A program made the position numbers and the translations under genes. 64,000 bases of DNA from an uncultured Acidobacteriota bacterium (GTDB lineage: Bacteria; Acidobacteriota; Vicinamibacteria; Vicinamibacterales; SCN-69-37). The notes below the pieces were generated by a model. It saw only the letters and a list, made by a program, of their open reading frames with translations. It was not told the origin of the DNA and did not search any database. The stretch lies in contig CAWAEG010000001.1 of the NCBI GenBank assembly GCA_963780895.1, positions 1,114,607 to 1,178,606 on the forward strand, given 5' to 3'. Numbering within the stretch: position 1 is the stretch's first letter; each line of letters opens with the position of its first letter. Below, piece after piece: positions 62,734 through 64,000 of the stretch.

Positions 62734-64000
62734 TTCGAGGTCCCTTCGTCGGCTTGGCTCTGAAAATGCTGATGCACTCGGTTGGCGACGGCCATCGCGA
62801 CGACGCGGTGGCCTGCTTCGTTCCAATGAACGTCATCCGGCAGATAAACCGATTCACCGCCGGCGACGGCCCGCCGAAGGGAAACCGTGGAATCGAGAAA
62901 GGGGATTCCGTTCCTCTTGCAGAAATCCGCCAGCACGTCTGGCAGGTTGTTCGACGGCCACAGGTGCGCGAACGACTTCGGGGGGGCCTGGATGTATCCC
63001 TGATACACGCGCAGCTTGCGTGGAACAAAAACCACGAGGAGCTTGGCGCCGGCTTTCGATGACAGATCACGCGCTTCGAGGAGCGTCGCCGACGCGACGT
63101 CCCATTGATGCGGCTTCCATTCACCCTCGTGGGCGTCCAGGTAAAGAAGCTGGGTGGTTCCGTCCGCGCGCGTGAAGGTGACTTCGTGCCGCCGCGCAAC
63201 CGCCGATGCGGTCCGGCGTGTCGGCGTGGTCAGCCGTGCGAGGGCGGTGAGCGCATTGCGGGAAAAGAGCCGGTTGGCGAGCGGCTGCGGTGCAAGAAAC
63301 TCGTCCATGTGCCCGCGCCGCCATTCATACGCGTCCACGTCGCCGAGATCGTTGCCACCGAAGAAGAACCAGACAACGACGCGTGGCGACAACGGCAGAC
63401 CGTAACGCTTGAGCACGACGAGCTCTTGCTGGGGGCCGTAACCGCTTTGGCCGAGATTGACCGCCGTGACCTCGAGGCACCGGCCCATCTCGGCGACGAC
63501 CGTTTTCGACCCGGCGGTTTCCGCACCTTCCACAAAGGAATCGCCGATGACCACGACGTCGGCCTTCGCGACGTCGGTGTCATTGCGGAACCCATTTCGA
63601 TCGAACTTCAAATCCACCGCGTAGCGGGACCGGAACGGCAGACCGAGCCAGGCGAGGTTTCCCGCCACCGTACCGCGGAAGCTCGAGTTGGGCCGGTGAA
63701 CGTGGATCAGCTCGTCGTCGCGCCGGTTGATCCCCAGGGCAAGCTGGAGCCACGTATCGTTGTCATGCGTGCCAAGCGTCAATCCATAGTCGTGACCGAA
63801 GACGAGTGTTGGTACCTCGAGGACCGCGACCGTGCCAATCGCGCTTCCCGACAGAGCGATCACGTGCGCTGCCCGCCGGGCCATGCCGGCGCCCGAGCTC
63901 AACACGTACGCCGCGCCCAGGAAAATCGCGGAGCACACGACGTTCAGGCCGGTCGAGTGAACGCTGTAGTGCCGCCACAGCGCCCACTCGGCCTCATTGC
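62730..64000 (-). CDS. Membrane-anchored SGNH/GDSL hydrolase-type protein, paralog 2; 5' end outside window
   Basis: Frame stays open to nt 64000 (NEAEWALWRHYSVHSTGLNVVCSAIFLG aligns with paralog 1 ...YALWRRYSAATVALNVAASAVIAA). SGNH blocks VVVIGDSF, GQSGYGP, FGGNDL, DDVHWN. Confidence 0.7.
   Translation of the reverse strand, partial: NEAEWALWRHYSVHSTGLNVVCSAIFLGAAYVLSSGAGMARRAAHVIALSGSAIGTVAVLEVPTLVFGHDYGLTLGTHDNDTWLQLALGINRRDDELIHVHRPNSSFRGTVAGNLAWLGLPFRSRYAVDLKFDRNGFRNDTDVAKADVVVIGDSFVEGAETAGSKTVVAEMGRCLEVTAVNLGQSGYGPQQELVVLKRYGLPLSPRVVVWFFFGGNDLGDVDAYEWRRGHMDEFLAPQPLANRLFSRNALTALARLTTPTRRTASAVARRHEVTFTRADGTTQLLYLDAHEGEWKPHQWDVASATLLEARDLSSKAGAKLLVVFVPRKLRVYQGYIQAPPKSFAHLWPSNNLPDVLADFCKRNGIPFLDSTVSLRRAVAGGESVYLPDDVHWNEAGHRVVAMAVANRVHQHFQSQADEGTSK

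Overview
High-GC bacterial chromosomal window that is essentially one very large exopolysaccharide (EPS) biosynthesis, decoration and turnover locus of the PEP-CTERM/exosortase-associated type. Family names are recalled from motif signatures; no searches were run. nt 1-6923 (+) holds the export protein, an OM beta-barrel, a Wzz-like chain-length determinant, an ExeA-like ATPase, a BY-kinase and the initiating sugar transferase. nt 6971-15946 (+) holds two deacetylase-type genes, three carbamoyltransferase paralogs, a FemAB-like gene, and SxtJ-like plus DUF5989 (SxtK-like) membrane proteins. That block contains about 28 single-base frame disruptions, nearly all +1 insertions. nt 16019-24787 (-) is a tandem duplication of a giant secreted G8 + beta-helix + Cys-repeat + GH30-like gene, and each copy is preceded by an exact sigma-54 promoter (TGGCAC-N5-TTGC). 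nt 24917-35112 (-) holds GT4, acetyltransferase, GT4, GT2, a secreted beta-helix protein, an AsnB-like gene, UbiA, HAD and a GT-C. nt 35175-50719 (+) holds a PcRGLX-like protein, a third G8/beta-helix paralog, GT4, a NodB deacetylase, a bi-domain oxidoreductase, a GT-C, an unknown alpha/alpha-repeat protein, AsnB and GT2. nt 50676-58023 (-) holds FemAB-like, DegT-like, methyltransferase, flippase-like, GT-C and amidohydrolase genes. wecB lies at 58083-59192 (+). nt 59198-64000 (-) holds SGNH, ACP, FkbH and a second SGNH gene. Most gene junctions are 4-nt ATGA/GTGA overlaps. I saw no rRNA, tRNA, CRISPR array, transposase or integrase, and no exosortase, EpsI or PEP-CTERM substrate gene. Many long antisense ORFs in the track are high-GC shadow ORFs.
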